From positions 37,264,001 through 37,328,000 of the forward strand of contig CM052818.1 of assembly GCA_028534125.1 (NCBI GenBank): a stretch of 64,000 nt of DNA. Direction: 5' to 3'. Each line of letters starts with the position of its first letter. The first letter of the stretch is position 1. The stretch is from Lama glama. Its lineage: Eukaryota. Below, one piece after another: positions 26,351-40,200 of this stretch. The notes below the pieces were generated by a model, which ran no database searches, had not been told where the DNA came from, and worked only from the letters and a program-made list of their open reading frames with translations. A program made the translations under genes and the position numbers.

Positions 26351-27774
26351 TGGTTTTTCTTTTAATGATCAGAGGACATTGGATAGGTGTGTATTGCTGT
26401 GTCTCCTTGTACTGGTGAGAAATGGAACCCCTGAGGGGTTAAGTAGCCTAAGTCAATCATTCACCGATTAGACGTAAGTGCCAGAGTTTAAACTGGATGT
26501 GCTTAACCTCAAACGCATGCTCTTCCCACTCTTCCAAACTCTCAGGGATTCTGAATGAATGAGACAAGGTTCTCCCCTTCTCCCAGTTATACTGAAAATG
26601 TGGAAGTCCGGGGAGGGTGTGGGAGTCCGTGCTGGGGGCACCGAGACAAGATGCATCCTGCCTGGAGAGGGGCCTTGGAAGACCCTGTCGGGGATGAATC
26701 AGTCCTGGATGTGCGGCTGTTCCCTGAACTGATAGCAATTGTGAATTCCAGGACAGCGGTGTCGAAATGAACTTAATATTTCTCCAGATGAGAAAAGGTG
26801 CCCTTAGGGAAGGAAAACCTGGTTGGGCTCTGACATTCAATTTCCAGCACTTTAGCTTGTAAGAGAACTCTAAAGACGCCTTCCTAACCCACTTTTCTGC
26901 TACATTTCCCGGACCCTCTTCTGCCCCCACCCCTTTCCCTTCAGGCTGCTGCTCAGGCCACAGGCTAGAGATTCTTTGAGAAGGAGTTCACTCTGCTCTG
27001 GGCTCTGGGAGACAGAATTCCTGACCCGGGCTTTTCTTTGTAGGAAGGCCGTTGCAGAGGGTTGAAAAATGAGAGAACAGGCTGATGACTGAAGGAGGAA
27101 ACTGCGCATTCCTACTGTCCTCTCTTTAACTCACGGGTAGCCAATTTAGTGGAAATATATTGCATTAAAAAAAAATTAAAAATCCCAGTAAAGTCATTTG
27201 GAATACATTTTTCATTGAATGGAGAGTTAAGAAGCACCTTCCCATTTGATGTTGAATTCACATTTGTAGCGATGCGTCGTTCTGCACTGGCTGTACCGGT
27301 GCATTTGCCTGGCGGAAGTCCTAAGAACATTCCCAAGTGCTCTCTTTTAAGTAAGCTGTAAAGAAGAGCTAGGTTGGGCGGTGGGCAGAAGCCACGCTGC
27401 TCCCTCTCTTGCACTTTGAGCAAACACCAAGGACAACTTGTTCAAAGTATGAGAGCAGAAATGAGCTGCCCCTTCCACATCCCGAAGGGCTTTCTCCCAC
27501 ATCCAGCCATATGAAGCAGCAGCAGGCACGAGGTCAGAGCTGATCTGCTTGTGGGCCTGGCCTTTGGAGGACTCCAGAGGGTTGAGTGGAGCTGAGGACT
27601 TCAGCCCACGCACAGTTTTCTATACTCCTACATAATTTTGTCCATGTAACGACAGCTGCTGTATCACACTTGTCCCCTGATGGATTTGCCTACCCAGTTT
27701 GTCTGCGAGCTCCTTGAGGCAAGATGTCCTTTATTCAGCACGGTTTCTGGATGCGGAGGCTGTTCAGTACCAGG

Positions 27775-27990
27775 ATGGTACCATGAGCAGTAAGAGCCAG
27801 GATTCTAGCGGGAGGCCTCCTGGGTTTTAACGCTGGTTCTGCTGCTCACCTTGTGATGCTGGCCAAATCACTGGACTTCCCTGTGAGTCAGCTCCTTCAC
27901 TCATAAAATCAGGCTAATTTTTAGTGCATATCTCAAAAGGGCAGGCGTACAGGTTAACTGAGATACGGACTCTACTGAATGCATTGCTGG
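27775..27990 (+). mobile_element. MIR SINE
   Basis: AGTAAGAGCCAGGATTCTAG..CCTGGGTTTTAA..TGTGATGCTGGCCAAATCACT..CATAAAATCAGG. Confidence 0.7.
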
Positions 27991-30900
27991 ACACTTCGAA
28001 CTCCTTTCCTAAACTGGAATTGTCATTGTTACTGTTTTCACGTTTAAAAGCCGTAGAAAAGCTAATGGGAAAACGGCATGTGTTATCATGAACATTCTAT
28101 TCTTGCTTTGTTTTCTTTCCTTCTTAGTCTGACTCAAAATTATGCAGGTGATCAGATAGCTATTTCTTTGGACAGTGGATTTCTGGCTTATCACATCTGA
28201 TACTATATGTCCACTTACTGAACACTTAACTTATCTTCTGTCTTCCTCTACTCCTGGCCAGAGACTTTCATTCGAATCCTTCACTGCATGATGCTTTAGC
28301 ATATAGTAGTTGCTTAGTAAGTATTTGTTGAGTTACTGACTTGGTGAAGAAAAACATCGCTGGAGTTTCATATTTATTAGGTTCAGGCATCAAGCAGAGA
28401 GAGTGCCTATTAGTTCCAAGTTCAAAAATCCCAGGGAAGGGGGTCCTGAGCCTCGTTTGGGTCAGGTGGCCACGTAGTGAGTCCGTTCTAGGGTCACGTG
28501 GTAATGGACATGTGGGGTGGAAGGCAAGGTAGCAATCTCAGAACGAGGAGGAGTGCTGAGCAGGTAAAACAGCAGACACCGAGCAAAAATTATACATCTA
28601 AGGAGTGTCCCTGTAGTAATTTCATCCTTTTCTCTCTAGTTTTGAATTTTGGAAGAGCAAGGCCATCTTGACCCAGAAAAGCCCTTAATGCATTTACCTG
28701 GAAGAAGATTACTTCCATCTTATCCTGCAATCAGGCAGCGAGTATTTACTGAGTAATGATTGCCTGCCAACAGTATGCAGTAAGTACCCTGTGATGTAGA
28801 GAGAGACATGCAAAGTGGAGAAATAGATTTGGGAGCCATTTACATCCTGGTGAGAGTGGAAGCGCTGCAAGCAGATGAGCTCTCGGAGCAGACAGGTGGG
28901 GGGGAGGAGTGGGACCCAGCCTCGGGAGGCACCTCCACGGAGGGAGGCAGGCTGGCAGCCATGGGCCGTGGGGGCTGCACAGACCCGGGCCAGGGGGTGG
29001 ACCTATACAAGGGGGAGCCCCTGCCGTAAACACTGTGAGTACCTTGAAGACATGGGCTCTGTCTCCCCCAGTTTGTTTTCTCACTCTCCAGCACAAGGCT
29101 CTTTTCTTCAACAACCGCATGTGGTGTTCGTGCTCATAAAAATCTCGGTTCCGAATACATGTGCAGCATGTGGCGGTCACAGGGGAACACCATCAGTCTC
29201 TCTGCCCTCCAAACTGAAAGAGAAATGGTCCGGTGCCATTCCCCTTCCTTGTTTGAGCTTGGTTACTGTTAGTTATCTTAACAAGCCTCTGGGAGGTCTC
29301 TTCCATGCTTCTGAGAGATCCACAAACACGATAATCCCAGGAATAGACGGTGTCCTTAGGGATATTCAAGCACACAGAGTTCTAGCAGCATAGGAGCTAA
29401 ATTGATAGACTTTTAAAATGATTGACAATTACCAATAGCTGGAGGTTTGAAACTTATTTTATGCACTCTGTGAATATACTGCTTCAACTTCTGTTTCTTA
29501 GAGGGTTCATGATTCATCCATGGCAGAAGGAACATTTTTTTCAAACTGTTAAGGGAAATCTGGTAAATGAAATAAACCAGAAGAGATCAGATACTTGTTT
29601 GGTAAGTAAATCGCGTGCTGCTTACTTGGTTCACCTCCTGTGCGCCCTCCTGCCCTGCCAAAGGCAAACTTGTTCCTCCGCTTAGCATGTATTATGCACC
29701 GTATGATGGAAAAGGCACATCCATTGCACTCCAGGAAGGTAACGGCTAATAAGGAAGGAAAAGGCAGGTACACAGATAACTACAATACCAGGCAACAGTT
29801 GGCAATTACCAAACATCCGTATACTTCCCAGCAAGGTAAACTGTAATGTTTTTAAGTAAATGAATAAATAAATGCTTTGACTGGGACCAGGTATGTAAGT
29901 AAGCTCAGAGGAGGGAGATGGAGATCTCACGAAGTGACAGAGTATACCTTCCTGTTGGATAAGGAGTCGGAGACAAAGGAGTGGATTTGGGTGGGCAGAT
30001 ATGAAGGGGGAAAGGATAGCTTATATGTGGGGGAAGAGCCTGGCCAGAAGCATTGAGATCAGAACCAGAGAAACCAGACAGCCCATGCAGGCAGGTTTGT
30101 AGCAGATGGCAGGCAAGCTTGCTCAGAAGATATAAAGGATCTTGGAGAGTCGTGATATTTATCATGGCTAAACACAGTATGCTAGGGGACTTGGTTCTCA
30201 TTTATAAAATAGATAATGAACTCTTTCTTGACACAGTAAGTCCTACAGAGCTCAGACGACCATAATATACATAAGTCACTCTATTTATGGGGTCTTCAAT
30301 AAATGTTTGTGCTTTTTATATCCATAAACTTGGGTAAAGTAGAGACAATCCATAAATGACATTTTGAAATAACTTAAAGAGGACAATGATGTTTACAATT
30401 ATGCATCTGGCATTCTTATTGGAGATCTTCTGACAAATATATAATTCTACTTTAAACAGAATGGTACGTAATGACTTATGCACAGTCTCATAGCAGTTTT
30501 TTGGTTCTAAGAAAATAATTGCTATTCACAAGAGATTTTATGATTTCAGATACCTCAAGTATATGTAAGGGAGATATCTCAGTCTTGTTCTCTCACTTTT
30601 TGTATTGAACACATTGGATAAATGTTGGAATCTTCATTCAAGCATATGATGTCTCAACATTCTGAGATGAAGGCTAACCTTGGAGGGGCTGACTTTGCCC
30701 ACCAGTGTACAAGGGATACATTGTACTCTGTGTAAGTACATTGTGATATTCTATAACCTTTCTCCTCACTGTGTGATAATTTGCCTGAAGCTTAGATCTT
30801 AGGAGCCATTGGGAGAGGGGTACAGAAATATGGATGACCGATGGACATGTTACATTTAAATAAACCCACAAGTCTGAACAATGATTTTATTGGCTCATTT

Positions 30901-33900
30901 CATTGTAGACCAACCTTCTGCACATTGCAACTTGGGCCATTGGTTGGTTTTTATAACTACCTTATATGCTATTTGAAATAAATAGGAGTATAAATAATGA
31001 GTAAATGAATAATCTTTGACTATAATAGACTAGTGAGATATCAAATTAGATTAAATGAAAGCAGCCATCTCTCCATATCTGATACAGAGATGTGAATTTA
31101 TTCCTTGCTGATTGAAGGAGAATTTACTTTTGAGCCCTCCCTGAACAAAGCAGAGAAATTACCTTGTGTAGGGAGTCAGAAATTGTGGAGTTCAGGGATT
31201 GGTAGAATTTCAGAAACAAGAGTATTTAGGTATTGGTGGATCTTAAACTGTGTAAGTATGGTTATTGAAAATCATTGCTACTCATTGGCTAACTTTCAGA
31301 AATATCAGGCTGTCACTGATTGCCTGGCCTTTAGAAACCAGGAGCCATTTGCCCTGCATCTGCTGGACCCGGGGTTACCCTGAAGTTATCCTGTTGGGCC
31401 CCTTTCTGCCTCCGGGGAGGAGGATTAAACTCCTGATTCAGATACTATTTTGATGTACCGGGTTTGTCCAAGTTCAGTAATTTTGAAGTGGATGAGGGAG
31501 GGGAAGGTCAGTTGCTGTTTACACTGTTTCTATGAGTTTAAAAAAATACTTTAATTTAGTTTGTAGCTCAGGAAACATTGTTTGGTCTCAGTTTGGGGTT
31601 CATAGTTACTGAGGCTCACTCTGGGTTTTGACTAGTGTTTGGTTCCAGTGTGTGCTTAGGAGGGGCGGGGGCAAAGTGGAGGCAGACGCACGGTTCCTGA
31701 TACGAAGTTGTTATTGATCAGTTAGAATGGATATAGAATTGGTTCTGGTGATTACTTGCTGCTATGGCTGAAGACAAATCAGTCCTTTCCTATGAGGAGA
31801 GGAACCTTTTTTTTTTTGTCTCTAGAAACCATTGTTATCATCCTCTATACATAAAATTTAAAACTCTAGTCTGACCTCTTTTTTTTTCCATGTTGAGGAA
31901 TACAATGAGAAAGGGATAAAATTCTTTTTACAAGATAAAGTATAAAAAAAATCCAAATATTAAAATAGGCTGTCAGAAGTGTTGACAGGTGAAGATAACA
32001 AGTGATATATGAATCGTTAACTTTTGAATTAAAATTTTCTATCTCTGGTTATATTACAGTACTGAAATGGTCTACGTGTGAGTATGTATTTGCACTCCCT
32101 TCCATATTATCTAGAGCATATTCATTTACTTGAGATCTATGTCGTCCTTTGGAGAAAAATGGACAAGATAAATTGAATTAGTTTGACATATTAGTTTGGA
32201 AAAAAATAAAGGCATAAAAAGGTGTCAGATTTAAATAACTATTCTTTTTATTTTCTTTTTGTAAAAGCTGTCTTTTGCAAGAAACTTACATTCAGGCACT
32301 CTGATAGAGAGGATGATATGAAGGCCATTGGCTGATGTGTGGCTGAAGGAGGAATCAGTCTGGAGCTAAACATTTTTCTATATGTACCAAAATTAGCCAT
32401 TATCTTCTGAGGATATTGACCTCATCTCATGGTGCTTTACTTAGTACTTCTGGAGAAATCTGTCATACCATACCCCGGAGACCACCCTTGGGACTACTAA
32501 AGATCCTTTTATTTTTAAATATCTGTAATTGCTACAGGTGTGTGGCAGACTGGTTAGGAAAAGAACAAAGGTGTATCTTTGGGACAGAATGGGACGGACT
32601 CGGGTGTAATGCGAAGGAAGGTAAGGATTGGCCAGGGAAGAGGTGATGGGGAGTTCGCCTGGGGGAGATGTTAAACAGACCTGGGAGCACTTGGAAACAG
32701 GCTGATGGAAGAGGATTTCAGGCAGTAACTAGAGCATCAGCCCGGGACAGAGCCGGACAGTGAGTGGGAGGAGAACCAGAGAGGAGCCTGGCAGCTGCAC
32801 AGGGGGCGCCCCATCTGAGGAGCTGCTTCCTGTCAGTCCTGAATGGTGCAGCCAGAGAGGGCTGGGAAGGGTGATGATGCAGCCAGGGGAGAAAGGACCC
32901 TCTCTTTCTGACAGCACCCCTCCCCGCCCGCTGGAGCCACACCTTGCAGCCCTTCACAGCACTTATCATCACTCTGCTTAACGTCTCCTCGCTTAATTGC
33001 AGCTCCGCCTGTATTGTTCTCTAATTGCTTCAGGTGTGTCTCAGGCAGGTTTCCTAGAGGGCAAAGCAGCACTTCCATCTCCTAGCGCTTTACAGCAGAG
33101 CGAAGTGCAGGGCTGAGAGTGTAATTAAGCAAGCTCTCATTTCAGACTTGATTGGCTGACTGATTAAAATGGAAGTAAACAGCTCCAGTGATCATTTTGT
33201 CCACTGGTAGGAAGACTGGAAGACATTCCTCTCCTGACTGTCGCTGGATGGATCTGAGAAAAGTTATGGCTGCCTTCCTCCCTCCGACCTCAGTTGGACA
33301 ATCTGTACAATGTGGTGAATGTACTTTGGCAATGCTGGCATTACTCTAGAAGGTTCAGGGGTCACATGGACTGGGATCCCGGGCTGCTCGTTGCAAAATG
33401 TTGGTAGCATCCTGTGGTGAAGCAATGCACATAGTTTTGTGCTTAGAATTTTAATGCCTGGGGAGAGGCAATATGAGTTATGCTTCTTTCCCTGAATTTA
33501 AATTCTTTTAAAAAATGGTGAAATGGTGAAAGCATCTTGAGAAATGTTTTACTATTTTACTTTTGGTTCCCAAATTATGCACTGCCTGGATGTGTGTACC
33601 CCACGATAATGAGGGAACATCACAGGCTAGCAGATAACAATAACTCCCGAGTAGGGTGAGAAAGTCGTTTATCTTTCTGTTTCCCCTCTGCCGGCAAGCA
33701 TCTGAAATCACTAACATTCCTATTTGAATAAATATTTTGGTGAGATATGTTCATTTGAATTTTTACCCTCAATAACTTAGATTGTGATGGGAAGAAAGGA
33801 AAGAGATGAAATAGTTTTTATTAAGAATTTCAACTGCATTCCTGAAAGTGCTGTTAGTATTAGAATATCTTTTTCTGTTTGATATTTTTTCTTTTCCCGA

Positions 33901-35799
33901 ACGGGTTTGTTTCAGACTGCTAGAGGTATCCTGCTCAACAGGGATGTGTGTATGGGGAAATGACAACAGAAAAAGATTGGAGATATCCCTTATCCTCCCC
34001 ATACATTCATCACCTGCTCTCTGCAGGTGTTACCAATTAAGTTACAGCTTTTGCTACCCCCGAGCCTTTTTATTCCCTCTTTTGGATTTCGGTAGGTAGA
34101 TAGTAGAGTGTCTAAACTCAGCTGAATTCTGTGCCCCTTTGATACCAAACGCCTAACTTCTCCAATTAAGACTGCTAATGATGACACATCCTGATGGCCC
34201 AGATGGAGGATCAGGAGCAGCTAAGTCAGAGTAGATGTCTCCTCCAGATTGTGAACAGTGTTTAACCTAATGGCAAAAAAAGTGGCATATTGGAGGAAAT
34301 CGACAAGTAGTCACCGAGGGCCTCCTGAGTTAGTCCCACTGGCAGTGGGAAATACAGAGCTAAACAAGACGGGATCCCTGGCCTGAGGAAGTTCACAGGT
34401 GATTTGGGGAGATTACTTACAAAAAATACAAAGTGAAACAATATACGGCCCCAAAGTAAGTCAGGCTAAGCCAGCTTGTACAACTTCAGAGGAAGGGGAT
34501 GTATCAGACGGTGATCCAGGGTGTGCGTGAGAATGCAATAATACAGTAAAAAGTGTCCATACATACGATGTAAGTTCTTCTCTTTTGCTCTCAAGCATCT
34601 CTTGCCCAGCTCATATTTCCCAGGTTCCGAAATCTTGCCCACACAACTTCTTTTGGGGACATGCACCTTCCCGTCATCCTAATATTTTTCACCTCTCTGA
34701 GTATGAGCTCTCTGATCTCTGGATTATATCTCTCCAGAACAGAACATATTACTCTGACTGTCACCTCCCATAACCTGGATAGTCTACCTCTTTTAACACA
34801 CCCCAAGAGTACTTCAGATTTTGTCATGCACCGTCCCACTGTAGTCTTAACATTTAGTTTATGGGCCTCTAAGATCTTTGCTTCACTTTCTACGTGAGTT
34901 CTTATTAACCTGTATCTCCCAAGGGAATTTGGGAAATTGAAATTTGGAATCTCTGAACAGGATTAACTTTAATTTTTCTTGAAATTCAGACAGTTTGTTT
35001 TTATCTGTTGTTTTAACCAGTCACATTTTTCTTACATCCTGAAAATATCATCACATGTACTAATGGCTCTTCTCAGCCTCTAGGTAACTGCTGTCTGAAA
35101 TCTTTAGAATATCTGTGCTGGTTTTTTTTTTTTTAAGTCAGTTCTATACTGCTTGGAAAGATTGAGAAGTTAGGTTTACTCATTCTCCTTGCTATAGGAA
35201 ATATGTTTCATGTTGCAGGAAGGCCATTTATCCTTTTTCACTATAACAATCTGATAGCCTCATCCCAAATTTCCAGTCTCTCATCACTGCCTTTTATTTT
35301 TCCTCAGTGGCTAAGCCAGTGGCTTCTTTGATTTGAGTTTGGTTCCTAAAGAGTTTGCCTTATCATAGGTGAAGTGCAGAAACAGTCAGCTTAAGTATCC
35401 AGATCTGTAGTTTAACACATTTCTGAAAAGGAGCAATAAAAAATGCTGTCTCCCCCACTGTGCCTTCCAAAATGACTTATGTTGCTTTATGCTAATACTA
35501 ACGGGCTGCTGGAGGCTAGAGCAACATGCTGGAAAATTGTGGTCTGCAATGCATTTCCTTTGATGTGATTCCATGCCAGATCTGCAGGGAGTGTGCACAG
35601 CCAAGGCTGGGTGTAGTTCTCCAAGTTCAGAACTCTTAATTCAGTCCTACATCTGGGGACAGCTCCCTGTACACAGTGACCATCTTCCATTTCATTTAAG
35701 ACTCTTCCACAAAGGACAGCTCACAGTTTCAAAGAAAACGCATTGTCATTGCCCATGTTTTGGGGTAGCACTTGCTTACTGGTTTGCTTGAATAGAATT

Positions 35800-35905
35800 C
35801 CTCCTCCTTCTTCCTCTTCTTCTTCCTCCTCCCCCTCCTCCACTTCGTCTCTGCCTTATTTTCTCCTGTTTCTTCCTCCATCCTTATTATTGTTATTGTT
35901 ATTAT
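35800..35905. repeat. (CCT/CTT)-rich low-complexity tract followed by (TTA/TTG)n
   Basis: direct read. Confidence 0.85.
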
Positions 35906-36187
35906 TAAAGCAGAGTGAAATCTGAGAGGAGAAGTGGCATATTGGCCATAAAGGATGCATTACTAGATGGCTCTAAACTGCTCTGTAACATTAAAACATT
36001 GGATATAGCTTCCACTTTGGTAACACTGCAACCACCTTCTCACTACAAAACACTGAAATTTCTATCACCCGGTAAAACATTACTTAATGAGCTTCAGCAT
36101 AATCATAAATGCTGAAAAAATATGTGCTAAAGGCTTTACCCACCCTCCCTCCTAAAACCCCCATAATAAGCCCATAAGGTTGGAGCC

Positions 36188-36425
36188 ATGGTCAAGGTGA
36201 GTTGCTCAGGCTCTGAGGGAAGGGTGCCTGGTTCAAACCCTGACTCCACCTCTTGTCTCCTCTGTTAAATTGGTGAAATCCCTTAACCTCTCCAAATTTC
36301 AGTTTTTCCATTTGTTCAATGTTGGTAATGGTTTTATATATACATAATGAGGTTGTTATAAGAATCAACATAAGATAATAGATATAAAGTATTTATTAAA
36401 ATGCCTGGAAAATGGTAATAAAAAT
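36188..36425 (+). mobile_element. MIR SINE
   Basis: CCTGGTTCAAACCCTGACTCCACC..CTTAACCTCTC..CAGTTTTTCCATTTG..GTTGTTATAAGAATCAA..TGCCTGG. Confidence 0.85.
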
Positions 36426-36640
36426 GGCTAACAGTAAGTAAGTACTTACTGTGTGCTAGCCAGTGTCCTAAGAGCTTTATGTACAGTGTTAATTTAGTTC
36501 TCACAAGGGCCATTACCTTCTCCAGTTTGCATATGAGGGAAATTAAGGTTAGTGAGGTACAGTAATGATCCAAGGGTGCACAGATCACTGGGAAGTCTAG
36601 AGCACTAGCAGAACTTGAATCTGGACATATATGTCCCTGG
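36425..36640 (-). mobile_element. MIR SINE
   Basis: ACTTACTGTGTGCTAGCCAGTGTCCTAAGAGCTTTA..CCAGTTTGCATATGAGGGAAATTAAGGTTAG..CCAAGGGTGCACAG. Confidence 0.85.
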
Positions 36641-37087
36641 TTCATATTAAATAATCAATGAACATTCATGTTCGTAATTGTTGTTGCTCTTTGCAACTCA
36701 AATATAAAGATAGAAACTCTTCCCCCACATAATGAGAGAAAAGATGATTTGACAATTGCTTCACAGAACTAAATTTATAGACACAATCTAGTGAGCGCGA
36801 CTATTAGTATAATTAAACCACTTAACTGAGCACTTAAAAGCTAGATAATATCTTAGGCTTATTTCTTCTAGAAACAGAAACAGCTCCATACTATCTCTGT
36901 CCCCGTGGCTTCTGTTTTACGAGGCGAGAAACTGAGAGCAAGCCTTAGGAGGGAAATCAGATCTAGAGTTTGTACACGAAATCTCTCTTACCTGCATTAT
37001 GCTTCCCTTGGAAATTGTCTGCTCAATAAAAGGAGTCTTAGGATGGATGAGAGAATCACGTAGAGATGTTTAACCCACTGTAACATG

Positions 37088-37240
37088 ACCGTCCCATAGA
37101 ACATTCTGTGACGTTGGAAGTATTCCACACCTGCGCTCACCAACACAGCACCCACTCGACATGTGGTTGTTGAGCACTTGAAATGTGGCTATTACCACTG
37201 AAGAACTAACCCTTTCATTTGGTTTAATTTGAATTAATTA
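37088..37240 (+). mobile_element. MER3-like hAT-Charlie MITE (partial)
   Basis: CATGTGGTTGTTGAGCACTTGAAATGTGGCTA..CTGAAGAACT matches recalled MER3. Confidence 0.85.
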
Positions 37241-40200
37241 TAGTTACTGCAATCTCAATTCTTTTTTCTTTTCACCAGGGGCCATCTTAAATCATACAGT
37301 CTGGCTTCTTCTCAGACTGCCTTCTCCTTATCTTTTCCCTCAAATCTTTATCTCTAGGGCTGGAACTCATACTTAAAACCATGCGAGGCTGACTGTAGGT
37401 GACTGGTGACTGGCTTTCATTTAGTAATACCATAAAGCATATTCTTTTCTCACTCTCCATCAGCTACATCTTCCAAAGCTGTATTTCTTTCACTCAGTCC
37501 TCTGTCTGGGTGGTTATCATACAAATGATATGTTCAAACCGTGCCATAGACTTGAGAATGAGCAACCGTCAAGCAACGCTGAGCAATACAGTAGCTTCGC
37601 TACCTTTTCCAGAATCCTTACTTTGGTATTTGCTCCATGTTATGGCATTTTGGCTTGATGCACTTACGTCACGTAGCCATCGGCGTCCGCTAGTGACAAG
37701 CTGTCAGCAACAATGAGGAATTATCTGCCAGTTGTATACAATTTCTTGAGGACAGTGTTTCCAGTAACAAGGAACGAAGCATATGCCATAGAACTTTGCA
37801 GGCGTAGAATATTTTCCTGCTTCTTAATTCGCAAAATCCCCATCCAAAATGTGAATTGAGGGAGTATTGAAGGACAAAGCTGGAAGAGTTGAAGCAAAGA
37901 AACAAAATAACATATGTGCCCAGAGATGGGTTACATTTTTGAATAAGCTTTCTTTAGAAGTGATAGAAACGAATTCAATCAGATGAGGCTGGGAGGACTC
38001 TCTTCATTTGGCAGAGACTCAGCGTTCTATTGCAGAACGGAATCTAGTGTTGACAGACAGCCTGGGAGGAAGAGGGAACACACGTCTTCTGTTCTTGACT
38101 TCTGGTCCCCAAGAGGACCGGATATTGTGATCTCCTCATTTACCTGGTTTGGTGAAAAATGTTTGGTCGTCCTTCCAACAGGACAACATAGTATAAAGTT
38201 ATTGCTTGTTTCAAAATAATGTCATAATAAAAAGCAGCTCATTAAGCTCAACCAAATTTTTTTTTCTGACCCCAAATCCTATTTCAAAGAGTTCACCAAA
38301 TGGAAGTAGATAATTCTGGCATCAGAACCTCTAAAGATATGCATTTGAAGCACAGCCTAACATTTACAGATGTGCGTGTGTGTGTGGTCTTTTTGCTCTA
38401 TGGTAAGTGACTTTTAGAAACCTTTAACTTCTCTGTTGTATCTTAAAATATATGCCTGATATTGGAAGGAAGTAGGTAGATAGATGTTGCATTATCAGTA
38501 ACCAGGCCAATGTGGCCACATGTTCAGAGACCACAACGAAAGAGCAATACTCATGAAGGTGGCCTTCTGTCCCTCTGCCTCAGCTAACCCAGTGCTCTAG
38601 GAACAGCCCTCACCTGGGGGTCAGAAGACCAGGGTTCAACGCTGATACTAATATCTAGGTTGCTGATTTCACCTCCTCTTTCCATTTGTTTGGTAAGCTT
38701 TCTGACCTCATCTTAGTGCTATTTGAACATCAAATAAAATAATGTTTGCAAAAACACTTTGGGAATTATGCTGATTTGAAAATACAGTGATTTGTTAACA
38801 GATAGCACACAGATACAAATTTTAAGCAGTCTCATTTCTAGAAAGATGACATAGAGGCTTGTAAGCAAGGTTTTTCCTGTGCCAAAGGGGACAAAGCCAG
38901 AGAAGAGGTGTAGGAGGGAGAAAGCTACAAATAGACTTTGCATTACATTTAATTATGGAATGTGACAAAATTTTCCTGCATTCGAGAGAGGGTAAATTAT
39001 CAAATACATTATAGAATGAATTCCAGTAACAACTTCATTCCATAAATAACAAAGGCATCAGAATTCAGTTTGGAAATTTTTTAACTTTACATAAATCAGG
39101 ATGTTTTACATGCATTATACCTACAAGCATGAAATCAAACTATAAGTAAATTCCATATGTTTGGTTCAAAGAATAGTTTTTCCAAAGGAAAGAAGATATA
39201 TAATGAAATGCTCTGATTTTTCATGGTATATGTTGTGCTTGGACTTACCTCCCCAAATCTAGAAAAATATGATGTTGAGTTCATGTGTACCAAGGTACAA
39301 GCCATCGTGAGTTTTCCTGGGGAAAACAAAAGTCTGTGTGTGGCAATAATCATAATGTAAGAGGGGGGAAGATTGTAAAATTAAAGGACAGAGTTTCCTG
39401 TTTGTTATTTTTCAAAATAATGACTGTGGGTTCTTTCCCCACAGAAAAGGTGCTATTTATTTTTTAATGATGAGCTGTTTCCCGGAGAAACAAAGTGGCA
39501 TTCTGTCGACACCATATGGCGGCGGAAAAACAGATTCCACCGTGTTCCATTTGTTAGACTGTCTTCTGCATTTCTGTATCCATAATTTATGTGGGGGCCT
39601 CTATGATTGCCAAAATATTCAAATAGATTTCTCTTAGCAGGGCAGCCTGCATGAGGGGAGAAAGGTTTTCAAAGCAGCAGGACCTGAACAGTCTCCTGCT
39701 GCTCAGAGAGGAGAGCACGTCCAACTTCTGTCCTTCTGGCGGCTTTCATTGTAATACTAATTTACATCCTCGGTTTGGGGACCATGTTTGCATTCAGCAA
39801 AAGCAGCTTATGTTCCTTCATGCTAATACAGTCCTACTTGAATTATAACCCACAGCCTTAAAGTCGAATTACGCCTTCTGCCTCGGTGTAAGCGTAGAAC
39901 CTGGCCTTTAAGCCATTAATGGGAGCTGGTATGTAACAGTGGCTGAACGATACCATTTTGAGCACATTGATTCTGCAGCTGGTTTCCAAAAAGACATCTG
40001 AAGTGCTTATAGATACATTAAAAATAGTCATGAAGGCTTCCTTTGCTGTCTAAGCATGTGATTACCATCTATGTATTCAGAGGCTGTTTTCAGTGGAAGT
40101 TCGAGTGGTGTTCTCTGGTGTATAAACAGAAACATGCTCAATACATGATACAGAATAGAAAGAGGGGCTTTGGTGAGTCAGACTAATTGATGTTCTGGCA

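Noticed and set aside
37261..37404. Plus-strand 120-nt pseudo-exon (37279-37398)
   Set aside because: Donor is only moderate (TAG|GTGACT), it is adjacent to MER3, and there is no supporting context.
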